From a virus (taxonomy: Duplodnaviria > Caudoviricetes): 39,252 nt of DNA. The position numbers and the translations under genes were made by a program. Of the stretch, positions 8,356-17,278 are shown in pieces. The stretch covers positions 1-39,252 of the IMG/VR virus record IMGVR_UViG_3300047669_002405; one strand, written 5' to 3'. The notes under the pieces were generated by a model. The model searched no databases. It had not been told where the DNA came from and saw only the letters and a program-made list of their open reading frames with translations. The number at the start of each line of letters is the position of its first letter. Position 1 is the first letter of the stretch.

Positions 8356-10916
8356 TTTTTTAATTCAGATAGCTTGGAATATATTTTAGTGTTCTGGACG
8401 GCTATAGAGTCGGCGAAGACCACTTCGTCTTGCCTCGTGCCTGAGACTATTACGATGTCGCCCTCTTTTGGCAGGGCTCCGTTTGACTCCCTGCAAGTCT
8501 CTAGCTTTTTTGAAAAAATCATAGTCTTAGTCGTCCCTGTTTCGTCGGAACAAAATGCCATGAGGTATTTATTCCCGTTTCTGCTGCGACTCTGGACGAC
8601 CTTATCCCCTATGTAAGATATAAATTTCACCCTTGTCCCCGCAGTCATTTCGTTTATCTGGCGAACGGTATCAAGATTTCGTGTCGTGTTGGAGAAGCAG
8701 TCCCTAAGTGTTCTGTTATACGTGTAGCCAAGTAAGTTCTTTTCGTAATACCAATTAGCGAAGCTTTCAGATTTTCTGTTCTGAGAATAGATTTCCTTAT
8801 ACCCTTGAGCTTTCTTTTTTATGGTTCCCATTCTGCTTTCTTTTATAATGGGCTTGGGCTCTTTCCCCGTTTTGGAGGTTGTCATGGTTTCGGATAATCG
8901 GGTAATTATTTTCACTAGGTCAAAGTCGAGCTTTTCCCCCAGCCCAAGGACTAAGGTCTTCTCTCTCTGAGTTAAGATGTTCCATACTTGAGCTTCGTAA
9001 GCGACCTTTGTCCTGCTTTGCTTGAATCCCTCTAGGGCTCCAGCTTGGATAAGTGCGCTTAATATCCCTATGGGTATTTCGCAATGATTAGCTGCTTCGA
9101 ATATTTGAAATTTATTTGTATATTCCCCCTTGAAGTTCATAAGTTTTTCTAGAGATTTATCGGAAATGCCCTTGATGGATAGCAGTCCAAATCTGATATC
9201 ATCGCCTTCGACACTGAAGTCTATTTTGGATTTAATTAAATGAGGGGGTAGCATTTTTATGCCGAAAAAGTCCATCTCTTTATGTATCTTTGAGATTTCA
9301 GAAATTGGGTCAGGTTCATGCCTCGACATTTTAAGTAAACCCAAAAAGAACTCCTTTGGGTGCTTGAATTTTAAATATACCGTGGCAGCAGCCAGTGCTG
9401 CGTAAGAAATTGAGTGAGACTTATTGAATGAGTAGTTTGCGGAGTCTTCGAGGACTCTCCACAGCACTTCTCCGACCTCTTTATTGAGCTTGTTTTCAGA
9501 GACTTTATCTTTGATTTTCTTTTTCCACTTCCTGACCTCTGAAACTTTTTTCTTACCGACTATTCGTCTTAAAATTTCAGCTTCGTCGAGGGTGAATCCA
9601 ACCTTATGAGCCATCTGCATCATTTGTTCTTGGTAGAGGCAAACTCCGCCCGTTGAGGACAAAATGTCATCGAAGAAGGGTTCTATGGATTCTTTTTCTC
9701 CGTTATTCGTATAGTTTGCGTATTGGTCCACAAAGGCTAGTGCTCCGGGTCGAGCCAGAGCTAGAACCGCGCTTAATTCGTCCAAGTTTTTGGGTCTGAC
9801 TTTCTGGCAAACCCTAAAGTTGGTGTCTGCTTCAATCTGAAATAGTCCGTGAGGTGTACGCAAGTATTGTAGGTTTTCGTATATGATTTCATCATTGAAG
9901 TCTATTTCGTGAGCCTTTATATTCACTTGTTTGCATACATCATCAACCACAGAGACGGCCCTTAGTCCTAGGATGTCCAGCTTAACGTTGAAGATTGAAA
10001 CCCAGTTCATATCGTAAGAGGACACGAATCCGTCTTTTTTTGACGTAAGTTCTGTGGGATAAGATTCTTCGATCTCCCCATAAGAAACAGATATAGCGGA
10101 AGGGTGAACGCCTTTATTTTTTATGAGCTTACTTATTTTAAGGGCCACTTTGTAGGCGTCTTGGTTTTCGTCACACCAAGTGCGGAAGTCAGCAACTTCT
10201 TCGTAAGCTTCTTCTAGACTCTTAACTTGCCCGAACACTTTTGGTATCATTGCGGACACCATGTTCATTTCGGCTTCAGTTTTGCCCCCCACTGTCTTGC
10301 CAGCCTCCTTTATGCAGAGCTTGCCAGTGAAGGTATTTAAGGTAAGAATCTTAGAGGTGCGACCGTGATATTTTTTTTCCAAGTATTTAATCACTTTATG
10401 GCGATTGTGGAAGCAGATGTCTATGTCTACGTCGCACATTAACGCTCCGTCTAAGTAAGTAATGCCATCTACCACCTTTTTCTTGGCGCGTATTTTAGAG
10501 ACGAACCTCTCAAAGAAAAGCCCATGTTTTACTGGGTCTATTTTCGTGACTCCCAGCAAGAACAGAACTATGCTTCCAGCAGCACTTCCCCTCCCTAGCC
10601 CAACGGGAATGTCTTCTTTATCGCAAAACTGAATTACGTCCCATACCATTAGTATGTAATCGACAAAGCCAAGCTCTTTAAGCGTACTGAGTTCGTGCTT
10701 TACTCTGTCGCGATATTTTTCGTAAGCTGGGCTTCCTTTTTCTAGGTCTAGCGAGGTAAATTTTTCCAGACAGGCGTACCGAAGAAAGTTGTAGTTGCTG
10801 AAGTCTCCTTTCAGTCGACTCTTCTCTACGTATTCCTGCGGAACCTCAAAGCGGGGAAGTCTTACGCCGTGAATTTCGAGGTCAATTGATTCAAATTGTT
10901 CTGAAAAATTTTTCAT
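8352..10916 (-). CDS. dnaE: DNA polymerase III alpha-like catalytic core lacking the PHP domain
   Basis: GRGSAAGS, LFFERF, DVDID, KLDILGL, LFQIE, YQEQMM, YSFNKSHS, IRFGLLSIKG and a C-terminal OB-like region. Confidence 0.95.
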   Translation of the reverse strand: MKNFSEQFESIDLEIHGVRLPRFEVPQEYVEKSRLKGDFSNYNFLRYACLEKFTSLDLEKGSPAYEKYRDRVKHELSTLKELGFVDYILMVWDVIQFCDKEDIPVGLGRGSAAGSIVLFLLGVTKIDPVKHGLFFERFVSKIRAKKKVVDGITYLDGALMCDVDIDICFHNRHKVIKYLEKKYHGRTSKILTLNTFTGKLCIKEAGKTVGGKTEAEMNMVSAMIPKVFGQVKSLEEAYEEVADFRTWCDENQDAYKVALKISKLIKNKGVHPSAISVSYGEIEESYPTELTSKKDGFVSSYDMNWVSIFNVKLDILGLRAVSVVDDVCKQVNIKAHEIDFNDEIIYENLQYLRTPHGLFQIEADTNFRVCQKVRPKNLDELSAVLALARPGALAFVDQYANYTNNGEKESIEPFFDDILSSTGGVCLYQEQMMQMAHKVGFTLDEAEILRRIVGKKKVSEVRKWKKKIKDKVSENKLNKEVGEVLWRVLEDSANYSFNKSHSISYAALAAATVYLKFKHPKEFFLGLLKMSRHEPDPISEISKIHKEMDFFGIKMLPPHLIKSKIDFSVEGDDIRFGLLSIKGISDKSLEKLMNFKGEYTNKFQIFEAANHCEIPIGILSALIQAGALEGFKQSRTKVAYEAQVWNILTQREKTLVLGLGEKLDFDLVKIITRLSETMTTSKTGKEPKPIIKESRMGTIKKKAQGYKEIYSQNRKSESFANWYYEKNLLGYTYNRTLRDCFSNTTRNLDTVRQINEMTAGTRVKFISYIGDKVVQSRSRNGNKYLMAFCSDETGTTKTMIFSKKLETCRESNGALPKEGDIVIVSGTRQDEVVFADSIAVQNTKIYSKLSELKK

Positions 10917-11569
10917 ATATCTATCTGGTATTTAATCTTATCCCATACCTTAATGTTTAATTCTAAGTCAATCAGAGCGTTGTGGAGATTTTCGTAATCA
11001 TGTTCGATTCCGAACTCTTGACCGAGAGCCTTTAGGTTAGTTCTTATCCCCTTGATTCTCCGGTTGTTCATGCAGTATTGATACTCCATTAAGTCCGAGT
11101 TTCTGTCATATTTAAAATTGCTTTTCACTCCGCGAGCTAACGCGTTTGTGTCGAGGACTTTACTTACTAGGTGCTTGTAGCAAAATCCGAAACGCTTATA
11201 TAGGTCCTTTATCAGGTACAAATCAAATCCTAGCACGTTGTGTCCGACTATGTAATCTGCGTCATCTAGCCATTCCTTAACGGTTGGGAAAATCTCTTCT
11301 GGAGACTTACCTTTTCTGTCTACTGTTTCTTGAGAGTATCGCGTGATGCGGGCTGCGTCGTCGCTAATTTTTAAGTTAGTGTCCCATTTTATCAAAAAAT
11401 CTTTGCTATCGAGGGTTTCTGAGTCTGCTCCAGATTTTCCGCTGCGACATTTTATCATAGCTATTTGCCAAGGAAGGTTATGGCAAGAGTTTAACGCTAG
11501 GTTGAGCGTTTCACAATCCACAAAGACGTACGTGCTTTTCCTGTCGAATCTTATAAGCGGGGCTGTCAT
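10913..11569 (-). CDS. DEDDh 3'-5' exonuclease (DnaQ/epsilon-like)
   Basis: VDCET, GHNVLGFD, HNALID. The start at 11569 (MTAPL) overlaps the PHP gene stop as ATGA. Confidence 0.9.
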   Translation of the reverse strand: MTAPLIRFDRKSTYVFVDCETLNLALNSCHNLPWQIAMIKCRSGKSGADSETLDSKDFLIKWDTNLKISDDAARITRYSQETVDRKGKSPEEIFPTVKEWLDDADYIVGHNVLGFDLYLIKDLYKRFGFCYKHLVSKVLDTNALARGVKSNFKYDRNSDLMEYQYCMNNRRIKGIRTNLKALGQEFGIEHDYENLHNALIDLELNIKVWDKIKYQIDI

Positions 11570-12315
11570 CGTTGAAGTGCCTCCATGCAAAATTCGTTGC
11601 TGCTCATATGGTCTAAGTTCGGTTTGTCTAGGCAACTTCGGGAGTTAATACATCTGAACGCTAGGTAAGACTTAAAGTCATCTTTTTTCTTATAAAATAT
11701 GCTCTTAACTTTTAATATGTTGTCTTTGGACTTGTTGTATTTTTGCATAGCCCTGTCTATTAGGTAGTTGAAGGGGAGGTCGTTATCTTCCGAGAGGAAA
11801 ATCGGTTCACAAAAAGAGAGGTCTGGTGTGCAGGATTTACAGTTCAGGGTATTCTGATGAATGAATGAATCATAGAATGGAATCGCCACTATTATGTCGT
11901 CAGGGGAATACTGCTCTCGAATAGACTTATAATCAGTTCTGGGGGCATAATAAAAGCCGTCGAGACTGGCTTTGGTGTAAATTTTAATTAATTTTTTGTA
12001 CCCATTTTTGTTCCTCGCGAATAAAACGACTTTCGAGGTCCCCTGAAGGGATTCTTCGTCTTTCTGAAATAGGTCCGAGCATACATTCATGCGTAAACCA
12101 AAGATGAATTTTATTTTGTTTTCCAAACAGTTGTGGTAGGCCTGAAGGTAGCCACTCATATTGTCATCTACTAGATATAATTCTTTAAGACCGTTCTCTA
12201 TACATATATCTATTATAGAGTCGGGCCCGTTACCTGAGCCTGTGGATGCTTCGTTTAGGGTTAATATGGACTTGCCTAGGCTGTAGTGAGATTTAAACAG
12301 AGGTATTGTGTCCAT
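11566..12315 (-). CDS. Stand-alone DnaE-type PHP domain with degenerate metal ligands
   Basis: FKSHYSLGKS, FIFGLR, VLFARNKNGYKKLIKI, GFYYAPRTD align with the DnaE N-terminus. Confidence 0.85.
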   Translation of the reverse strand: MDTIPLFKSHYSLGKSILTLNEASTGSGNGPDSIIDICIENGLKELYLVDDNMSGYLQAYHNCLENKIKFIFGLRMNVCSDLFQKDEESLQGTSKVVLFARNKNGYKKLIKIYTKASLDGFYYAPRTDYKSIREQYSPDDIIVAIPFYDSFIHQNTLNCKSCTPDLSFCEPIFLSEDNDLPFNYLIDRAMQKYNKSKDNILKVKSIFYKKKDDFKSYLAFRCINSRSCLDKPNLDHMSSNEFCMEALQR

Positions 12316-12323
12316 ACAATAGG

Positions 12324-12352
12324 ATTCTAATAATTTTCTGCTCTTCCTTCAA
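12324..12352 (-). promoter_or_regulatory. sigma70-like promoter for the polymerase operon
   Basis: TTGAAG-N17-TAGAAT-N8-ATG(12315). Confidence 0.6.
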
Positions 12353-12353
12353 G

Positions 12354-13397
12354 TTAAAAATCGAAATCATCTCTAATTTTCGGGACCTTTGAGTCGGGTG
12401 GCGAGAAGTCTTGAGGGTGTGCTGGGCATCCTGAATATGATTTTTTTTCTATTTTGCCATCAAGGCGAAGTAGTTCGGATTTGTCCTGAGAACTTCCTAT
12501 CTGCTTCCCTTCTTCGTCCAAGCAGACGTAGTAGTCGAATGCGAATTTATGCTCGCAATGCCACATTAAGGTTCCGTCTTTTTTAAGCTGACCCGGATGT
12601 TTGGCAAATCCACAATTGAGTGGTCCCTTAAAACCTTCGCCTTTCTTGGGGAAGGGCTGACGAGCAGCGAAGTTAGACTTTGCTTTGTGTTCGTCATAAT
12701 TATTAATTAATTTAAATACATGCTCGAGGAAGTGTTCGAAGCCTTGTAGTTCTTCGTCGGGGACCTTGATTGTTATGCTAGGGTCTTCTGGGAACCTCAA
12801 GAATTGAAATTCCACACTGCATTCTTTAACGTCCGGCCACACTTCTTTGGCTGCGAGCAAATAGACTAAGGCTTGTATGTTGTAGTCTACCTCAGGTTGG
12901 ACAAACTTTACTTTGCTCGTTTTATAATCAATTATAATTAATTTTTTGCCCTTTTTGTAAGCTACCGGCTTATCCATGTAGCCCAAAACTTTATATTTAG
13001 GCTCGGAGCTGTTAAGCAAAAACTTTTTCTCAGGCTCCGTTATCTTTGCTCCTCTGCCCCCTAAGAAATCACAGTTAAGCGCGACTAGAATCATTTCATC
13101 GCACATTTCCGCGTTCTCTTCTGAGTAATAGCCTTCTTTCTTAAGGTTTTTTTCTACAAGCTTAAATACTGAGGGCACGCTGCGTATGCTGGGAGATTTA
13201 AGAAGTTTCTTGATATATTTTCTGTGGCGAGGGTTGAGAAGCATCTCTAGAACGGTATGGCAAACAGTACCTCTTGAGCTTCCGGGGTTTTTAGACCTCG
13301 GTAGCCCTAGGTGATAGGTCCCCCAGTATTTCCAAGAGCAACTATCTAATGTTTTAATCCTCGACGCCGAGAGAATGCGTTCTGTTGGTTTTGGCAT
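12354..13397 (-). CDS. PD-(D/E)XK RecB/Cas4-like exonuclease
   Basis: LSASRI...C..KY, RGTVCH, GYMDK, IIDYKT, Q...Y; Cys residues at both termini may bind an Fe-S cluster. Confidence 0.85.
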   Translation of the reverse strand: MPKPTERILSASRIKTLDSCSWKYWGTYHLGLPRSKNPGSSRGTVCHTVLEMLLNPRHRKYIKKLLKSPSIRSVPSVFKLVEKNLKKEGYYSEENAEMCDEMILVALNCDFLGGRGAKITEPEKKFLLNSSEPKYKVLGYMDKPVAYKKGKKLIIIDYKTSKVKFVQPEVDYNIQALVYLLAAKEVWPDVKECSVEFQFLRFPEDPSITIKVPDEELQGFEHFLEHVFKLINNYDEHKAKSNFAARQPFPKKGEGFKGPLNCGFAKHPGQLKKDGTLMWHCEHKFAFDYYVCLDEEGKQIGSSQDKSELLRLDGKIEKKSYSGCPAHPQDFSPPDSKVPKIRDDFDF

Positions 13398-13403
13398 AAT
13401 TTT

Positions 13404-13985
13404 TTATCTGAAAGGGTGACCGGAGACCCATAAAACTAAAGAGTTTCTTTTTCCTTTCGTGACGGGAGTAACTTTATGGAGCAAGAAGGACGGAAATAAG
13501 ACGCAGGAGCCCATCGTTTTATCTCCAACAAACGGTTTATCCCATGTGTAAACCTCTAGTTCTCCGCCTTCGTAGTCTTCGGGGTCGGTTAGCTGAACTA
13601 CTATGCTTATTTTCCTAGAGCAGTTCCCATCAAAATCAAGATGAGCACCGTAATGGTCGCCTTTCTCCTCCCCGTTTGCGTTATAAGTTGTATACTGTAA
13701 GTCCTCCAAGAATCCAGTTAGCTCAAAGTCCCACAATTCATCATTCGCAGCGTTAACCAAGGTTAGTATCTTGTCGTAAATCCATTTACTTTGTTCTGAT
13801 TGGGGAATCCATGCGGTAGAACCCTGTCTTACGGGATTATCTCCGCCACCAAAAGTCACAGCGTTGTCTTGTGGGATGTTGTCTCCCATTTTTTTTATAT
13901 CAATCACTTCCTCGGGGGTAAAGGCAATGCCTCCGTAGAAACGACAAAAGGATAATTCCCTTTTCGGCTCAAATATGTATTTCAT
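13404..13985 (-). CDS. 2OG-Fe(II) oxygenase (prolyl-4-hydroxylase/PKHD-like)
   Basis: HLD...RKISIVVQL...YEGGEL...FPSFLLHKVTPVTKGKRNSLVLW. Confidence 0.9.
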   Translation of the reverse strand: MKYIFEPKRELSFCRFYGGIAFTPEEVIDIKKMGDNIPQDNAVTFGGGDNPVRQGSTAWIPQSEQSKWIYDKILTLVNAANDELWDFELTGFLEDLQYTTYNANGEEKGDHYGAHLDFDGNCSRKISIVVQLTDPEDYEGGELEVYTWDKPFVGDKTMGSCVLFPSFLLHKVTPVTKGKRNSLVLWVSGHPFR

Positions 13986-14934
13986 TGTTTTTTCTCCATT
14001 CCTCTATTTCCCCTTTTTCCATTTCGCCAAAGTCATTCGACGACAAGGGGAGGGCTACTTTAATTTTGTCAGGCCTAATAACTCTTTGCAGGGCCTCTCT
14101 CGCTTTATGCGCTGCGATGTTTCCTGCGTCGTTTTTATCACTATCGTTATTGAAGGATATAAATATATCATCCATCCCTGAGTTAATCAATAAGCTTCTG
14201 ATTCTAGAGGAGATACTTAAACCAAAGGTGACTATCGTATTCATAACGCCATTTTCCCATAAGGACAGCATATCGCCTATACTTTCCACTAAGATGATTT
14301 GATTTAATTTTTTAATGTGGTTTTTATTGCAAAAAAATGGGTAAAGCCAGTCGCTTTTTTTTCCAAGAATTTTCCATTTTAAGGGATGTCTGTTAGTTAA
14401 GTCTCGGCCAGTAAATCCAAGTATTCTCGAGGTGCTTGTGTCGAAAATAGGAAAAACATACCGATTGTAAAGCTTACCCCCTTCTACCCCGTCGTCAACG
14501 CCCCCCTTAAACTTGGCGAGGGTTTCCGAGCTTACTCCCCTGTCTTCCCAGTAAGAGTGGTCTTTAATTAAACCGCGAGCGTCAGACGGTCTGAACGTCT
14601 TCTTGAGCTCCAGAGTCTTTTCTATTTTATCAGGTTTCGAGTTGCTGAATTCCTTTATATCGAGCCACTCAAGAGCCTTTCGCCTACTGCAACCTAGATG
14701 CAGGGATACAAGCTTTGCTATGTCTCCTTTGTATCTTGGGTCTCCTGCTCGCGCCCAGTCATTAAAGGAGCCGTTGGCTTCATTTACGCTTAGAGCCCCT
14801 TTGGAGCTAGATTTTCTGTATTCGGGGTCCATCCTATAGTACCCACCAGAAGGAATTAGGTTTGCGTAGCCAAGTTTTACAAGGACGTCGTTAATGTCTA
14901 GGTCTTTCGTTGGACTTTTATAAGAGGTTTCCAT
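13969..14934 (-). CDS. DnaG-like DNA primase (TOPRIM)
   Basis: YWEDRGV, RYVFPI, GFTGR, LVESIGD, FNND, NDFGEM. Confidence 0.85.
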   Translation of the reverse strand: METSYKSPTKDLDINDVLVKLGYANLIPSGGYYRMDPEYRKSSSKGALSVNEANGSFNDWARAGDPRYKGDIAKLVSLHLGCSRRKALEWLDIKEFSNSKPDKIEKTLELKKTFRPSDARGLIKDHSYWEDRGVSSETLAKFKGGVDDGVEGGKLYNRYVFPIFDTSTSRILGFTGRDLTNRHPLKWKILGKKSDWLYPFFCNKNHIKKLNQIILVESIGDMLSLWENGVMNTIVTFGLSISSRIRSLLINSGMDDIFISFNNDSDKNDAGNIAAHKAREALQRVIRPDKIKVALPLSSNDFGEMEKGEIEEWRKNNEIHI

Positions 14935-16540
14935 CTTCTTGAGTGTCGTTGCGAGCGTTGTTGTTTTCGGGTCCAGCGTTAGGGCTGTTTTGGTCAGAGT
15001 TAGGATTGTTATTTCGTTGATATTCTATAACTTCCTCCAGAGTCCCTTTTTCTATTACTTTACCCCGCGCCAAGCAAATGTTTATATAGAATGGCGTCAA
15101 CTCATATGTATCGTTATATTTCCTCTTGGAAGCTTGATACATTTGACTACGCCAGCGTTTTCCCGGCCATCTAACCTTATGAATAAGAAACTTGTGCGTT
15201 CCGAATTGAAACAATGAGTCGTCTCCTGTTTGGTGGAATTCAGCGATGAGTTGTTGCACGGCGTCGAGGGTTATGCATTCGTCTTCGGCAATTTCCTCTG
15301 GGCCTTTGGGCTCGAAAAACATAGAATGATTAGCGTCTTCACACGCCTTAAAAGACCCGCCAATAGAGGCTGAAGCACCGGAGTTGTTATTTCTGTTCCT
15401 GATGTCTCCAGAGCGATTCGTCTGCATCGCGGTTAGGACGATAATATTTAACTCCTTGGCAACCGTCATGATTTTGGTTATTTGGTCGGACATGTCAAGG
15501 TGGGTTCCTTCGTTCCTGTTTCTTTCCGCGCCAATGTTTAAGTAATCGTACATAACCATAGCTGGTTGAGACATGTCGGTATGCTTCATCCTCCACATCC
15601 TCATGAAGTCTACCTTTTGGTTTATAGATAAAGGCTTACAGAGTTTATGGGCTAGCTTTTTTAGCTTAACGTCTTTTTTTACAGATTCTATGTGGGCGAT
15701 TATTTTTTCTTTGTCTTCGTTAGTGCAGTATTTTCCAGACTGGATGTCTTCATGGTGAATTCCCGTGGTAGCCATGGTGGTCCTAACTATTTGGTCGTGA
15801 AAGGATAATTCAGTGTCGAGATACAAGCACGAGAGTCCGGTGTTTCTCACAAACTCCATCGCTATCTGCATCATTAAGCTACTCTTACCTACTCCTTGGT
15901 TGGCATGAAAAATGTGCAAATCTTTTGGCCTGAAGCTGCCAAACATGGCGTGGTATATGGAAAGCGAGGAGCGGAAGCCTACGTCGTCAATTGGGTTATT
16001 TAGCCTGTGTTCGAGAAGGTCCGCGCTGTCTCCAAATGTGTCGAAGTCGTGTTCGTCCGAAGCGAAACTAGACGCTTTAATTAAGCTTCCGTTTAGTTTG
16101 CTTATTTGCTCGCTAAGGATTTTATGAGAAGCTCCTTTAGCTTTTCCGCTTAGCCAAGAGTACATCTTGTCTAGGATTCCTTTGGTGGAATGTACTTTAT
16201 ATTTCAGAAGCAAGGAAGATATCGAAGCTTGAAGTTCTGACGCTCCAATAGACCACTCAACAGCGTCGTCGATAAAGCAAGAAGCCTCCACTCCGTGAAC
16301 GAATTTTATGTTGTGATTCAATACCTTATCCTTAAAGGCTTGGATCGAAAACGATGCGCCGTTTAAGTTTAAGAGTTCGTTCCTTAATATCCCAAAGACT
16401 TTGCTGTTCATCGGGTCGAAGAAGTGCCCCTCTTCTAGACTCGAGTACTTAAAGAATTCATTTGGATTCTTAATCAAGCATCCAATTATTTTATTTTCCA
16501 GTTCAAAATCGTGAGCTTCGTACTCTTCAGGAGTTCCCAT
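14918..16540 (-). CDS. DnaB-like replicative helicase
   Basis: Walker A HANQGVGKS, YLDTEL, MYDYL, AMQTNR. Start moved to 16540, just downstream of TTGCGT-N16-GATAAT. Confidence 0.85.
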   Translation of the reverse strand: MGTPEEYEAHDFELENKIIGCLIKNPNEFFKYSSLEEGHFFDPMNSKVFGILRNELLNLNGASFSIQAFKDKVLNHNIKFVHGVEASCFIDDAVEWSIGASELQASISSLLLKYKVHSTKGILDKMYSWLSGKAKGASHKILSEQISKLNGSLIKASSFASDEHDFDTFGDSADLLEHRLNNPIDDVGFRSSLSIYHAMFGSFRPKDLHIFHANQGVGKSSLMMQIAMEFVRNTGLSCLYLDTELSFHDQIVRTTMATTGIHHEDIQSGKYCTNEDKEKIIAHIESVKKDVKLKKLAHKLCKPLSINQKVDFMRMWRMKHTDMSQPAMVMYDYLNIGAERNRNEGTHLDMSDQITKIMTVAKELNIIVLTAMQTNRSGDIRNRNNNSGASASIGGSFKACEDANHSMFFEPKGPEEIAEDECITLDAVQQLIAEFHQTGDDSLFQFGTHKFLIHKVRWPGKRWRSQMYQASKRKYNDTYELTPFYINICLARGKVIEKGTLEEVIEYQRNNNPNSDQNSPNAGPENNNARNDTQEDGNLL

Positions 16541-16565
16541 ATGCACATTATCTACATTTTTGGAA

Positions 16566-16844
16566 TTAACGCAAGCCTTCGTTTTCGTCGTCGTCGTCGT
16601 CGTCATCTAGGCCAACAGGGGGCTCCATTCCAGCAAGGGTCGCTTCTATGTTGTATGCCTCTATCGCCTTATTGTAGTTCTCGATGAAAAACTGAAGCCC
16701 CAGTTCGTGAGCGTGTGAGTCGGACCCGCAGTGTATGGCCGGTTTCCCTTCACCGTCGTAGTTGAAGAGTATATATCCGCCGTTGCTGCACTCGGATATT
16801 TGATTTAAGAGCTGTTTAGGGAATTTGAAGTTCTTCTTTTTCAT
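16566..16844 (-). CDS. Hypothetical protein with acidic (poly-Asp) tail
   Basis: Open frame; start 16844 lies 9 nt after a GTGTA motif. Confidence 0.65.
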   Translation of the reverse strand: MKKKNFKFPKQLLNQISECSNGGYILFNYDGEGKPAIHCGSDSHAHELGLQFFIENYNKAIEAYNIEATLAGMEPPVGLDDDDDDDENEGLR

Positions 16845-16858
16845 GCTCATATATACAC

Positions 16859-17278
16859 TCACAGGGTAATGTCGAAGTTTTTTTCTATAAATTCTTTACT
16901 CATAAAGGGCACGTCTTCGGGGTAAATTTCTATTAAAATAAATCCATTCCTATCTAGCCATCTTTTTTTATCCACATCCCTTTTGATGGATTTGAGAAAA
17001 TTTGCTCTGGATTTGCCGTGAAAAAAGGGATTATACTTTACGTGTTGCTCCCCGTTTACTTCTACGGCGATTTTTGTGGTAGCGTTAAGGATGTCCACCT
17101 TCATCCGAGTGCCGTAAACGGGAAACTCTTCATAGACCACATGATTAAGCCAGTACTTAGAGAAAAAATCTTTAATGTTTTTCTGAAATTTCGATCTGCA
17201 CCCAGCTTCCCAGTTCACTAAGTATTTATTAACGTTTTTATAGATGGGAGTCTTACCGTTTAAGGTGTGCAGCCTCAT
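16859..17278 (-). CDS. DUF559/Vsr-like endonuclease
   Basis: EEFPV...VDIL...IAVEVNGEQH...RDVDK..WL. Confidence 0.75.
   Translation of the reverse strand: MRLHTLNGKTPIYKNVNKYLVNWEAGCRSKFQKNIKDFFSKYWLNHVVYEEFPVYGTRMKVDILNATTKIAVEVNGEQHVKYNPFFHGKSRANFLKSIKRDVDKKRWLDRNGFILIEIYPEDVPFMSKEFIEKNFDITL

Noticed and set aside
8352-12315. dnaE as a frameshifted pseudogene or split-intein gene
   Set aside because: Breaks fall at domain boundaries with ATGA coupling, catalytic motifs are intact, and no intein terminal motifs are seen.
12354-13397. Cas4-like nuclease as evidence of CRISPR-Cas
   Set aside because: No array or other cas genes; solo RecB/Cas4-like nucleases are common in phage replication modules.
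16541-16606. N-terminal MTTTTTT extension of the helicase
   Set aside because: Alternative-frame reading of the upstream gene's poly-Asp (GAC)n tract; a promoter-like element supports a start at 16540.
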